Assembly (NCBI GenBank): GCA_951406725.2 | Contig: OX597820.1 | Location: forward strand, 55,118,001 to 55,182,000 | Source of the DNA: Octopus vulgaris | Taxonomy: Eukaryota | Direction: 5' to 3' | Length of the DNA: 64,000 bases | Shown here: one piece after another, positions 49,083-62,519 of the stretch | Numbering within the stretch: position 1 is the first letter of the stretch | Layout: every line of letters begins with the position of its first letter | Program-made: the position numbers and the translations under genes | The notes under the pieces: model-generated | What the model saw: only the letters and a program-made list of their open reading frames with translations | Told to the model about the DNA's origin: nothing | Database searches by the model: none

Positions 49083-52000
49083 GTAACTTACAGATTGTTC
49101 TTATTTTCCTTTTTGTAGTTGTGGTTGTTACTGTTTCATTTTTATTGTTTCTTCCTTCTTTGATTTTGTTTTTTTTTCTCTTTTATTTGTAGCTATTCAA
49201 TGGATGTGGTCATTTATTCACATCAGTTAATTATTCCAATATGCACAGCCATTTTTGTTAAATCTGTGAACCATACTCATTGTCACCATGTTTACTCCAG
49301 TTTTTCTTCACTTAGTTTATAGTCAAGTGGTTAGCTGTAGAAGAGCCATCTTCATCATCATCATCATTTAAAGTCCACTTTCTATACTGGCATGGGCTGG
49401 ACGGGTTGACTGAAAGCTGGGGAGCTGCACCAGGTTCCAGTCCGATTTGGCAAGGTTTCTACTGCTAGAAGCCCTTCCTAATACCAACCACTCAAAGAAT
49501 GTAGTGGATGCTTTTTACGGGCCACCAGCATTGGCTATGCCTATGATCTCATTTGGCTTCACAGGTCTACATAAGCATGTTATATTGCCAAAGGTCTCGG
49601 TAACCTGTTATTACTTCCATGAGGTTCAATGCTCAAACAGTGCTTTTTACGTGCCACTAGCACTGGCATTGACTATGATTTCAAACTGTAAAATCAGTTG
49701 CTACATAATCAAATTATCTCACCTAAGCCTATGTAAGCATGGGAAAATGGCACATTTCAAAAGCAATTTTGCTGAAACATCGAGTTCAGTGGTTGATCTG
49801 TGCCTCTTCTCATGCAAGGCTCACAAATCTATTAACGTTACATTATTAGGTTTCAGGTTTTATTTCTTCTTCATATTAGAACAGATCCACCAATTCTGAG
49901 GGAAAGTTACTTGGCTTACTTGAAATAGCCGTGCCAAATATCCCTAATGTTACTCTTTACCATTTGAAAATGAGGCTATATTGGAGAATTTTGTTGTAGA
50001 CATATAAGATATAAACACTCATCATTTTCACATCTGCTTCTCCATGTTTGCCTGGGTTAGTGGAGTCCTTTCCAGCATGTTTCACTACTTTTTGATTTCC
50101 TTTAAAATCTCTTTCATGAGATTCAACATCTGGAAGTCATCTTTCATCACTTATGCTCATGTCTTCTTTGGTTTCTTTTCTTCCATAGATTTCTTAGATA
50201 TGGAACTTCTGGCATTTCTTTACCTACCTGTTATAGTTCATGCACATTAATACATGTCTATATCGATGCTGTTATCTCTCTTGCACATTACTAAATCTGA
50301 TTACTCTTACACCCTGTTTATTTCTCAGTTCGTCCATACCACATCACCCGTATTCATTAACATTACACATCCAGTGAAGAAGCATGCTTGTTTCATTTCT
50401 ATCCAACCATCATATATCTTTTTGATCCATAAAAGAATGCAAAAACTCAAACTTGGCAGGAATTGAACTCAGATAATAAAGGTCCTTATCTAAATACCAC
50501 AAGACATTTTCTCTGACATTCTACCAATTCTGTCAATCTATTACCCTGAAGACAAGAGTGATTTTTAACATAGTGTGAAGGCCACAACTTTTAGTAGAAA
50601 GGTGTTGTCAATTTAATTGACCCCGGAACTTGACTCATCAGAACTATCCCCCTCTGGACATTACTATTTTGGATTCTAGGATGTTTAGGACCGGTTATCC
50701 AGTTTCCATAGCATTTAATTGACCAACATAAGAATGTTCCTTCAGAATGGGATGCCAGTCTGCTGCAGGATTTTTTCCCATCATCAGCTCATAGAGATAT
50801 TTCTTTATTGATTATTCAAAGACAGAAAAGTAGCCTCCATAATCTATTTTCAGGGCCTCCAAGACTGGTGGGAGGAAGCTTTTCTCAGACTAGAGACCTG
50901 GTTTCATTGCTTGTCACAGAATGAACTCTATTAAGAGGCATCCATGACCCTGGTAGTGGCATTTAACCAGGCAATAGATTAAGTCTTTCCTCCACTTATT
51001 TTATCTACTTAAAAATAAGATAATAATGGTGTCTAACTTAGATACAAGGCCACACAAATATGGAAGGCTGTGGATAGAGTAGCTAATATTCACTCCCTAG
51101 TATTTGACTGGTGCTTTATCACCCCCCACTCCGCCTGTCCCATGGAAAGATGAAAAGCAAATCAACACAAGCAAGATTTGAACTCGGAACATTAAAAAAC
51201 TTAAATAAATACTGGAAAGCATTTTATCTGGTGCTGTACTGATTGTGCAACCTCTTTAAAAAAATGTGATAATTAGCAAGAAAGATTTTGTTTATTTTAT
51301 TGATTTCATAAAAACAAATATATAAAATTTCCTCTCCACACTCTCAGATACTCCTCTTAGTCAAGGGCTCCCTCCTGCTTTTTGCTTTTTTTCTTCTTTA
51401 TCCTGTCTTACAAGCTACTTGGCAACCTCACTGGTGCTGAGGGCACAAAAAAACGCATCCAGTATACATTGTAAAGTGGCGGGCATTAGGAAGGGCATCC
51501 AACCACAGAGACCATGCCAACTGACATGGAGCATGATGCAGCTCTGTGACTCACCGGATCCTGTGTAACCAACCAACTCATGGACATTAATTGATGATGA
51601 GCAACTGCAATAAGAAATAAGATAATTATAACAATAGTAAAATGAAATATATCAAGTAACTACATAGAAGCTGCTTCGATTTAATTTGTTTTTCAGTTTT
51701 CTGGTAGTTTTATGTGTACATGGAGGCAGTGGCTATGGTATGATGTAACAAGTGGGATCAAGGCTGTGTTCTGTAACACAAATGATCCACCATTTGCAAT
51801 ATTAACTTTAGGAAACCAACAAGCGACTTGGTTACATACTACAAACTAGACAGATTTCATTCTCCACAGAAAACAGAATAGACAGATGATTGTGAATGTT
51901 TTCTAGTGATTATTGATGACCATAAAATAGTGGTTGTTGATTTCAGAATAAGAGTTTGATTGACTCAGAGACATTAGAGATTCAGAGAAGGGAGACATTA

Positions 52001-52499
52001 TCATATTTATCACTAGCACCACCAGTACTACCATCATCATCAGCATTTAAGAAAAACCATTGAATATTCAGAGGTTCAGAGAAATAAACTGAAGCATTTG
52101 ATGAAAGACAAGAAGAGATGGTGACATATGAAATACATAAACTGCAAGTTCATGCAGTGGTTTGTATGGTTGAGCAATAATCTCACCCAGAGGTTTCACA
52201 TTCAATCTCCACTAAAGTGGGGTTTTAAATAACAGCAGAAGGTCACTATCTAGTTGAGCCTGGCTCCCTTAGAGTGTCAGGAACAAATGCACCAAAACAC
52301 TTGTTTGATTCGATTTCTTTCTCTAAAGATTTCTCCTGCTGTTTAATCGTTAATTGTCCACTAAAATAGAAGACAACTGGGAATTCCCACAAGTCAACCT
52401 GCTAAGGGCTACAAACTTGATTTATGACTTAATCAATCTTCCACCAAGATGTAAAGACATGACAGTGTTATAGTACTGTAGACAGAACCTCAGAAACAG

Positions 52500-53088
52500 A
52501 GTCAGGCCTGGAAAGACTAGAAGTGAGTGAGTAGTAGAGGACCATACTAGATAACTAAGATAGAAGCTAGTTATTAGGATCAAATATATGGTGTGTACTA
52601 GATTGCAGGGCAGTATACTTAGAATCTAATTGATATGAGAGGTGAGTTGATAATGATTACAGCACGTGTTCTTACTGGAAATGCTCTTATGAGAGGTTTT
52701 TGAATGAAGATGGTGTATAACAAAAAGAGTTTCTCTAAAGTAAACCCAACAGAGGTGTTACCAGCTGTATAGTAACACAATTCAAGGGATGAAGGTAGGA
52801 AAAGTAACTGGTTCATCAGAAATAGTTGTTGAGGTGCTTAAACTAGCTTCAAGTGTTAGATACAAGCTATTTACATGCATAGTCATTCAAATGGCACATG
52901 AAGTACACTACCAAATGATTGGCATACAATTATCATTGTAGATATTGTACAAGTGCAAAGGTTGTGCATTAAAGCGAGGTATCAAGTTGGACCAGGTTAT
53001 GGAAAGAAGTATAACAAAATTGTTGAGGAACAGAATTAGTTGGTTTTGTGCTTGGAAGAGATTCTACTGATGCCATATTTCTAGAGAG
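52500..53088 (+). mobile_element. Highly decayed RTE LINE fragment
   Basis: LPNDW, YKCKG.AL and FGFVLGRDSTDAIFL remnants. Confidence 0.6.
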
Positions 53089-55188
53089 ATTCAGGCATGG
53101 CTATGTAGTTGAGGAGCTTACTTTCCAACAAGTGCAGCACCTTGAGGCTTGTGACTTCTACTCTAGCTAGCCCCCGGCCTTATGAGTGGATTCAGAAAAC
53201 AGAAACTGTCATGTAGTATGTGTGTGTATTTGCATTCTTTTATGACATTTCATGATGGTTGTAAACAAGTGCCACCATCATACAAGCAGTGTAATTCTTT
53301 TTTGTTCAGTACTTTAGTTTTGTATGTTACAAGACATCGTTAATGCTGTTCATGATAAAATACACCTAATACACTATAAAGTGGTTGGTGAATGAAGCAG
53401 AGACACTTTTAAATAGAAAGGACTCTTTTGTCTAGCAGAGAATATGACAACCTTTCAAGTTCTGGTGCCAATATAAAATGTGCTCAAACACTATAAAGTA
53501 GTTAGTGTCAGAGTACCAAGTTATAGAAACCATGTCAAAAACTGGAATATAAGAACAAACCATGATCCTCTGACTCACCTAAGAGGGCAATATCATTGAA
53601 GAAGAACTTAGACTATGATACCTTATCCAAGCCATGCTAACCTGGAAAGGGATGTAAAATGGTGATAATAATGATGACAATGATATTCAGAAGCATACAG
53701 AGTAGGACCAAATAATTTACAATGTTTAGTTTTGTCATTCTGTGTTCTGAATTAAAATCTTATTTGGATGAACTTCATCTTTCTTCCTTACAAAGTCGAT
53801 CAAATCAATATCTATCATATGCTGATATTAATTCATTCAGTTATAATTGTTCTCTCCACCTTTGCATCCTTATGCTAAAGTAATTATTGCAGTTTGATAG
53901 TATTGATGAGGGACACAACTCCTGTTGATATAACCTCCTGAGTCTGAACATACATATAGTCCATGGACAATCCAGTGTTTGTCCACTTAGTCAAGTTAAT
54001 CCTTTCACCAAATTTAGTGATCAGCTCGGCTGATGCTTAATTCTGTTTCTGTTTTTCTTTGTGCTGTTAAGCAGCCAAGATGTGACATGTCCTTTGGACA
54101 GGATGAGAGTCTGTCACAAAGCAATAATCAACTTCTTAGTACAAGATATGCTCAAAGTGTTGTACAATGGAATTAACCACACAGTTATGCCTAACTCAAA
54201 ACATTATCATTATTGAGTAAATGAAGGCTTGAAGACGTCAAGGGTTGGATGAAAGATTATTGGAATTAGAAAGGAAAACAGACCTTTGGAGAATAGACCT
54301 AACAAAGATGACATATCAGCCAGAAGGTTGGTAAGTAATTACAGTCAAGATCTCTATCTCTAGTAGTTGAGCATCCATCATTGACAAAACCAAGAAAGGT
54401 TGAAATCACATGATCTGGAGGTGGCAGGATTTATCTCCCCACTAACAATATAAACAAAAGTGCATTTCGCACCAAAAGCCATTATGAGAGCTTCTCTCAT
54501 AGCAACTACCGCAGTATAGTTTGTTCTAAGAGAGCATCCACATTTAAGTATATTGAGGATAAATATTATCTCTCAGTTTTAATACTTACTACTTCTGTCA
54601 CAAATATTTTTTAACAAAGTCAGGATATATATTGTTTTAACTACAGCTGGAGATTCACATATTAAAGTTGTCTTTAAAATAACAGATCTATGAGAATTTG
54701 AAGATGGTAACAGGCTTTACTCTTTTTCTGATTTGACCCCATTTTCTCCTAAATTTTGACACAAATTCTAAATGCATTAAACTACACTGAATAAAATATT
54801 TACTTTTTATGATATGAACAAATATTTTAGTGAGCAGATGTTTTTTTATGAGAATATTATGTGAATACATACATTTATTTATATGTATGTATGTGGAGAG
54901 AGAGAGAGAGATAAAGAGGCATGCATGTGTGTGCGCGTGCACACACATATATATACACACACACAATCACATGTGTGACACAGAAGAACTTAAACCATTC
55001 AGAAGCTATATTAACTATATGTGACCACTCTTACTACACAGTGTAGATTACTTTATCTTGAAAAGTATGTTAAGATTATTTGATTAGTAATTAGATTATA
55101 AAAATTCCCACTTTTATCAGATGTTGTATAATTGAGATTCAGACTTTCTGGATTTAGGTAGATGCATGTATTGTAGTAAAGTGTATGT

Positions 55189-55623
55189 TTAACTCTTTAG
55201 TGTTTAAGCTGGCCAAAATATTTCTGTTTTATGCTCAAACTGATTAGATTCAACTTCTCACACTTACCCTACAATGTCATTTTAAAAATAAACAATCACA
55301 TCATTGACATGTCAGAGCTACAAGATAATAAATTATTAATTCAAAGCAATGTGAGTAAATAAGCTTTACATTTCACAGAGTCAGTGGCTGTGGCAGCTTT
55401 ATCTTGTATCTGAGAATTTATTTTTCTCCTTTGCTGAATGCTTCCTTTGTGGTGATGTCGTTGATGACTCTGTAGATCAATTCTTGCAGAGAAGAGTTGA
55501 TGGCATTGACTTCATGGTAATGTTGGTGGAGAACAAGGTTGATTTTTGTCTAGCTTTCCTCTCTCGTCAATTGATTCCTTCCTTTGCTCTTCTGGCAGAG
55601 TAATCTGAATGCTAAAGGGTTAA
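55189..55623. mobile_element. TTAA MITE family 1 copy with a nested minus-strand LINE 3' fragment (55382-55595)
   Basis: MITE sequence resumes after the insert. CAGAGT is repeated at 55376 and 55596. The insert encodes CHQLFSARIDLQSHQRHH on the minus strand. Confidence 0.7.
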
Positions 55624-58600
55624 ATCTAAATCAGAGACTTGTGAGAAAAAGTAGCCACCTACTATTATCTCATACCCTACTGTTTTAACTATAGGAATGG
55701 TGGATTGTGTAATGTAGTCCTAAATACACTGTTTGAAAGAAGACAAGATGTGAAGGCTTTGATTGGAAAAGTAGTTAATTAATTTTAGAAGCAATCAGTG
55801 CTGGTGCCATGTAAAAAGCATCCAGTCCACTCTGTAAAGTGGTTGGCATTAGAAAAGGCATCCAGTAGTAAAAAGTATGCCAAACAGACCCTGCTGGTGT
55901 TGGTGCCACATAAAAACCACCCAGTGGCTAGTGTCAGGAAGGGAATTCAGCTGTAAAAACCATGCCAAAACAGACAGTAGAGCTTCGTGCAGTCCTTTAG
56001 CTTGTCAGGGCCTACCAAACTGCTCATCCCATGCCAGCATGGAAGTGGAATGTTAAATGATGAAGATAATGATATCACTAATATATATACTATCTTCATA
56101 ATTCCATGAAATCACTATGCCATACAATTATTTCTCTTCATAAGCCAACAAGAGAACCTCTAAGCCAGGTATGGGCAAATTCTTTGATAATTAGCTCACA
56201 TGAGACATGGCTTGTTATCAGGCACATTGTAAAACTAAATAATTTTAATAAATGTTATTTTCCCCATAAAAATAGGTATGCCATTCAAAATATCCATTTG
56301 GCTGTATGCTGCCCATGGCTGCTCTTTGCTGTCATTTAAAGATGGTAACAGGCATTACTCTTGTCCTGATTTGACCCCATTTTCTCCTAAGTTTTAACAC
56401 AAATTCTAAATGCATTAAGCTACACTGAATAAAATACTTTTTGAGATATGTACATATATTTTAGTGAGCATATGTCAGTTTTATGAGAATATTATGTGAA
56501 TACATTTAGTTATATGCATGTATGTGGAGAGAGAAAGAGGAGCATGTGCACACACACACACACAGAGTAGTTAAATGCTTTCATACCACACCTGCTATCT
56601 ATATATTGAACAGCATAGTTCTTGATATACAAAAGGTCAGGATAGTCATAGCTGAAATGACTTTGGTCATTGTTTTGTTCAACCAGTGTTGACCAGGGGC
56701 TAAACAACAACTGCAACTGCATCCACTTCTCACCAAAATACAATAACCTAATAAGAGAGGAGTTTTCTATGTAACTGTTTTAACTAGCAAAAACTAACTG
56801 TGAAATTTCCCTCAAATTACATTCTATCTGCTTTCAAAGGAAGAATGTTCTATAGTCTGATTGTCATTCAGAAAATTAGGGACATGGTTTGTGAAATGAA
56901 TGGATTGGAAAAATTCTGCGACCCATGAACAAAAGTACCATCAGCAAGGTGAGGATTAAAGAATTCAGTGAGGAATTTAGTATGCAGGCTGGTGTAAAAG
57001 AGGAAATAGAAAGCAGCAATATGTCACATAAAAGAAAAACAGCAATCACAGCTAAAAGTACAAAGGATAGAATACAAAAAAGAGAGGAAAGTGTACAGTA
57101 AAAATCCATTAAGAAGAAAGTGCACACAAACATGTAAAAAGTAACATTAGCAAATTTCAAAAAGCATTGAAATTTTTTTCAGAATACAGTGTCCTGACAG
57201 CTAACAACTGATGTGAGTAGTCTATTCCAAGCTTTCACAGTTCTGTGTATGTTTCTGAAAGTTATGATAGCTGCTCTGTTTGTGATTTTATTTGCGCATC
57301 CTTTGGTGGAAGTAATATTGAATTCAAAAAGATGGTCAAAGTTGTTGGAAATATGTTGGATAATCTCAAGCATTTCTACCAAGTCATCTGCTAGGTATCA
57401 CATTGCAAGAAAGATCTGGGAGCATATAGGAGCTGTCTTATTTATTTCAAGGTACATATAATGTTGCTTATGTATTGTAATACAGTCACATGCTTTAAGT
57501 TGTCATCTGTTTTGTTAATATTTACAGTAAGCAATAGAAAACAAAAAACATGTCCCTACAAGACCTTAAATGTCATTGTATAGGGTTCAAAATGTAGCCC
57601 CAGTATTGTGAATACCTAGCTTCAACTGAGAAAGAAAGGACTTCAACTAGGTGCAAAGGTTAACCTTCATGCCCATTGTAGAGAGCTTCACCATAAGTCA
57701 CTTGTGTGACTCTGATGAAAGTGAGGTAGATAATATGCATCCATACATACATCGTGCACACAAGCATGCATATATGTATGGATTACTATGTGGCTGCAAT
57801 TCTACCAGGGAATTTTAGATGGCAGAAGGTACTATATGCACTGGTAAGGTTAGTTCTCATTGGTTAAAGCTACCCATGTAATTAGACATGCTACATTCAG
57901 CAAAATATCCATCCTTAGACTACTGTGTATCATATGAGGTAACTCATGGGCATTATCTTGAAGAGAAATTGTCCTGTTGTTGCCATTTGCAGAGATTCCT
58001 GTTGCAACACTGAGTAATTGCATTTTGATGGTAACAACTCTGAATTGCCTCTCTTTATTGCACATGATGTGCTGTAGTTCAGAAACAGAGGCTTTGCTGA
58101 TTGCAACAATCCAATCCTATCATCAGCCGAAACAATAAAACCCAACCTAGCAAGAACACCTAATATCTTCAGCCATCTCACAATTCCCAAACAGCCGCAT
58201 ATCTCATATATGTGACTCTATGAAACCTGAAGTGATGATAGTGTGAATTCACTGACTTTTCCAACGAATATAAAGTCTACTTCAGATTTTGAATGCTATT
58301 TTCTTCCATTTGTAAACACACACACAAGTGCAGTTATGGTTGTAAGGTGAGAAGTTTGTTTATAAACCACATGGTTTCAGGTTCAGTCCCACTCCATGGC
58401 ACCTTCAGAAAGCTTTCTGCTATAGCTCTGTGAGTGGAAGTAGAGGGGAAACCGAAAAAAGCCTACTTTGTGTGTGTGCATGTGCGTATGCATGTTTGTG
58501 TATGTGTGTGTGTGTGTGTGAATGCATGCGCTTGTATGTGTCTGTCTGTTTGTGTTATTGTCTCCTTGTCTTGACTATGTGTGATAGTTGTAAACGAATG

Positions 58601-59739
58601 TCACTGTCATTCAAGCAGTGTCCTTCATTTCAAACCTGCTGTGAAAACATACCTGATCACGAAGGAATATTACTTTCTGTGTAAAGAAGTACCAATCTCT
58701 AACTATGGAGGGAACCAGCAGATGTGTGGGACAAAAAATGAAATATGATCTTTGGATGTTGAGTCTGATGGGAGTGATGACAAGTGACCAAGTCTTTTGG
58801 CAATTTGCTGTGCTTGAGAAGACATGTCAAGTATTGTGAAATTCTAGTCATGGCCAGTACTGGGAGCACATAAAAGACACTAATGCCAGTGACATGTAAA
58901 AGACACCTAGTACACTCTATGGAGTGGCTGGCATTAGGAAGGGCATCCAGTCATAGAAACCAAGCCAAAACAGACAGGAGCTTAGTGCAGATCTTTGACT
59001 TACCAGTTCTAGTCAAACTGTCTAAACCAGCGTGGAAAACAGATATCAAAAGATGATGATGATTATTGGAAACAGGTGATGACTGGTGACAGGGTGGACT
59101 GTGAACTATAGGAAATATGCCTCAACAAATTCTATCCAACCTATGTGAGCAAGGAAAAGTGAACATTAAAATAATGATGATGATAACGATGATAATGGTG
59201 GTGATGATGATGATGATGATATATCTGTTTATAGTGGTTGAGGTAGATGCCATCAAACTGGCAGAGTCATTTAAGAACTACATAGAATACTTTGTTGGTA
59301 ATTGTTCTGGCTCTCTTCCTTAATATCAGCTTCCTCCAAGGTCGACATACCCTTTCATCAGTTTTAGAGGTGATAAAATAGAATATCAGTCAAATACAAA
59401 AGGAGACAAATCATTTTCTCTCTTTCTCTTTCTTCCTCTCTCTTTCTCTTTCTTCTTTTCTGTTTCTCCCTCTCTCTTTGTCTATCTCTCCCTCCTCCCT
59501 CTCTTTTTCAAGTTTTCAGTATTGAAAAAGTGATTAATTAAAAGTGATTAATTGGCACAAGTGCCAATCAGGTGGTACTGTCATCAATTATGACAACGAT
59601 TTCACTTGCCTCAACAGGTCTTTGCAAGCATAGTTTATTATCCAATGATTAACGGGTACTCTTAAATGGGCTGGTTATGCAGCACTGGCATAAGCCACGG
59701 TTATGGTCTCACTTGGCTTGCCGGGTCTTCTCAGTTACA

Positions 59740-59777
<38 letters not shown>

Positions 59778-59882
59778 GTATGTATATATATGTGTGTATG
59801 TGTATATATATATGACCGCGTGTGTACCGTTGGTGATTTTTTTTCCTCCGTCTTCCCTTCTTTGGATCTTTCCTTTTCCTAT

Positions 59883-59917
59883 GTTTCTGACAAAGAGCTC
59901 CGCTCGAAACGTTAAAC
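59883..59917 (+). ncRNA. Minimal hammerhead-like motif, core mutated
   Basis: GTTT-CTGACAA-A-GAGC(TCC)GCTC-GAAAC-GTT-AAAC, with CUGANGA changed to CUGACAA. Lies in a 190-bp block between (TA)n tracts. Confidence 0.6.
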
Positions 59918-60003
59918 CCTCCTTCTTTCCCTCTATCCTGAGCGTCCAATAATACTATACTTGTTCCACGTCCTCGCGTTGTTGTGTTTTCATGTTTGGA
60001 TTA

Positions 60004-60049
<46 letters not shown>

Positions 60050-60051
<2 letters not shown>

Positions 60052-60991
60052 GGGTGCGTAAGGTATCTGAGGACATACCTTTTTTTGGGTCATTGCTGCA
60101 TTTTTTGAGCATAGCAATTTAGAAATATCTGAATTTTTAAAAGTTGTCAGATCTTCATCTACATAGTTTGTAAGGAGTTAGAGACTGAAGATGGAAATGT
60201 GTCACCAATATCAAAACAGAAAAGCATTTTAAATGCTCTGAAATCATCAGAACTCCTGAAATTATCCAGCAAGTTCAACAGACCATTGATTACAATCCCA
60301 GAAGGTCAATTGCAAAAGATCTTCATGTGTCAGAAGGAACAGTTAGAAATGTTGCCCACGAAGTCTTATATGATGAGGAAAGGTCAGTTTGTAAGCAAAA
60401 AAGCAAAAGTAAATGACTATATCAGATCTCAAAGGATCCTAAACAAACTGGAAAATCTGGCAGAGGAAGATTTGATTTGGCTAAAAAATTTTCATGATCA
60501 CATAACTCTTAACATTTAGCCTCCTAATTCCCCAGATCTCAATCTGAGTTTCTACAGCTGGATGCCCTTCCTAATGCCAACCACTCCGAGAGTGTAGTGA
60601 GTGCTTTTATGTGCCACCGGCATGAGAGCCAGTCAGGTGGTACTGGTATCGACCATGCTCAAATGGTCCTTTTTATGTGCCACCTGCACAGGAGCCATTG
60701 TTGAGAGAGAGGTCAATGAACATGCCCATAACAAGAAAGATTCTTTGAAAGCTGCCATAGTCAGAGTAATGTCCAAAATGAACCAGGACCAGTTAATTCT
60801 AGTAGGTAGATGATTTAGATCTCATATAGAAGCAGTTGTTGAAGCTGAAGGTGGCTTTATTAAATAATATTATAGAAAAGAACGTTTATTTTTATCCTCA
60901 TAGCATTTTTTGAGAAATATAGTTATCTTTTGTTATATATGTTTTTTTTTATAAACATAAATCTGTCTTCAAATATCTTACGCACCCTGTA
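60050..60991 (+). mobile_element. Third Tc1/mariner-superfamily deleted element, with a family C fragment nested at about 60545-60695
   Basis: TIR CAGGGTGCGTAAGRTAT ... ATATCTTACGCACCCTG-TA. PPNSPDLN motif and VVEAEGGFI C-terminus. Confidence 0.8.
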
Positions 60992-61015
60992 GATATATAC
61001 ATATATATATGTGTA

Positions 61016-61086
<71 letters not shown>

Positions 61087-62250
61087 ATGTATAGGTAAAT
61101 ATGAGTATATGTATGTTTGTGTATACATGTTTGTATAGCTTGTGTAAGTTTTTTTTTTTTATCAAGCATGTATATATCTCCCAATAAACATTCAAGGCAC
61201 GCTTTCTTGTTTTTACAAACTTATGTCAACATATGATTTTTCTGGATTTTCCTTTTCTGGGAATCACTCATTGAATATGTTGTGTCTTACTTCTTTATAT
61301 TCATTTATATTTACATTCAAGTATTGCAAGGCCTAACCCTTCTTTCAAATTTGAGTGTCTTAGCTCTGTGATGTCTATGACTAAGTGTTAAGAAGTGTAC
61401 AAGGTTACTTTCATGATTTGAACAGTGATTGTGTCTTTGGACTGTTAATGCTTTAGCATTTAAACCGGCCATATCATGCCCAAATTTTCTACCTGTTTAA
61501 CATTCAAACTAGCCAGATCCAGCCTCTCACACTTACCCAACCATGTCATTCAAAAAAATTTTTAAATCATAGCACTGGAATCTTGAACCTGTGTGAGATA
61601 ATGCATTATTAATTCCAAACAATGTGAATAAATAAACATTACATTTGACAGAATAATCTGGCTGTATGGTTAAGAATTTCCGTTTGCAAACATGGTTTCA
61701 AGTTCAGTTCCATTGTGGGGCACCTTAAGCAAATGCCATTTAATGTAGTCTCAGGCAAACCAATGCCTTGTGAATGAATTTGGTAGAAGGAAACTATGGA
61801 GGCCCATCTGTGTGTTTGTGTATGTGCATGTGTGTGTCTTTTTGTTTATGTTTGTGTTTGTTCTTCCCCATTACTTGACTATCAATGTTGACTTGTTTAC
61901 ATTCCCATAACTTAGCAGTTCAGCAAAAGAGTGTGATAAAAAAAGTATCAGACACGAAAATAAGTACATGGGTTGATTTGTTTGATTAAACCATTCAAAG
62001 CTGTGCTTTAACATGGCTGCAGTCAGATTACTAAAACTAGTAAAATATAAAAAATAAAAGATACTCATCCACACAAATATATGTGGTCAGTAAGTATCTA
62101 GACTGTTGCTATAGTAACAAAACTAAGGTATGAAGATTGAAGCCACTTGGCACAGATGGACCTTGAACTCTGCTGTGCATGTAGCTTACTTCCACTATTT
62201 ACTGCAGTGCTTGGAAGGAAGGTGCATAGTGTGCAATCATCACATTGACC

Positions 62251-62518
62251 ATGATAGAGAAAGTTGAGCAGAGAATCTGCATCAAATTTTGCCAAGAGCT
62301 TGATGATACCTGCTCAGAGGCCTATGCAAAGTTTTCAAAAAGTTTTCATCATTCTCAGCACAATTAAGGATATCTTGTGCAACTGAAACCTGAGTGCCTT
62401 TTTGGTCAGCTGAAAGCAGTTTTAGCACAAATTTGGCAGACGCACATATCATATCCAAAGCTTCAGTGATACTCAACTGAACTGAATCGTAACTAATCTG
62501 CACATCCTCTGATAACTC
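62251..62518. mobile_element. Rearranged mariner transposase fragment
   Basis: Plus strand MIEKVEQRICIKFCQELDDT abuts minus strand ...SAKFVLKLLSADQK...NDENFLK. Confidence 0.7.
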
Positions 62519-62519
62519 A

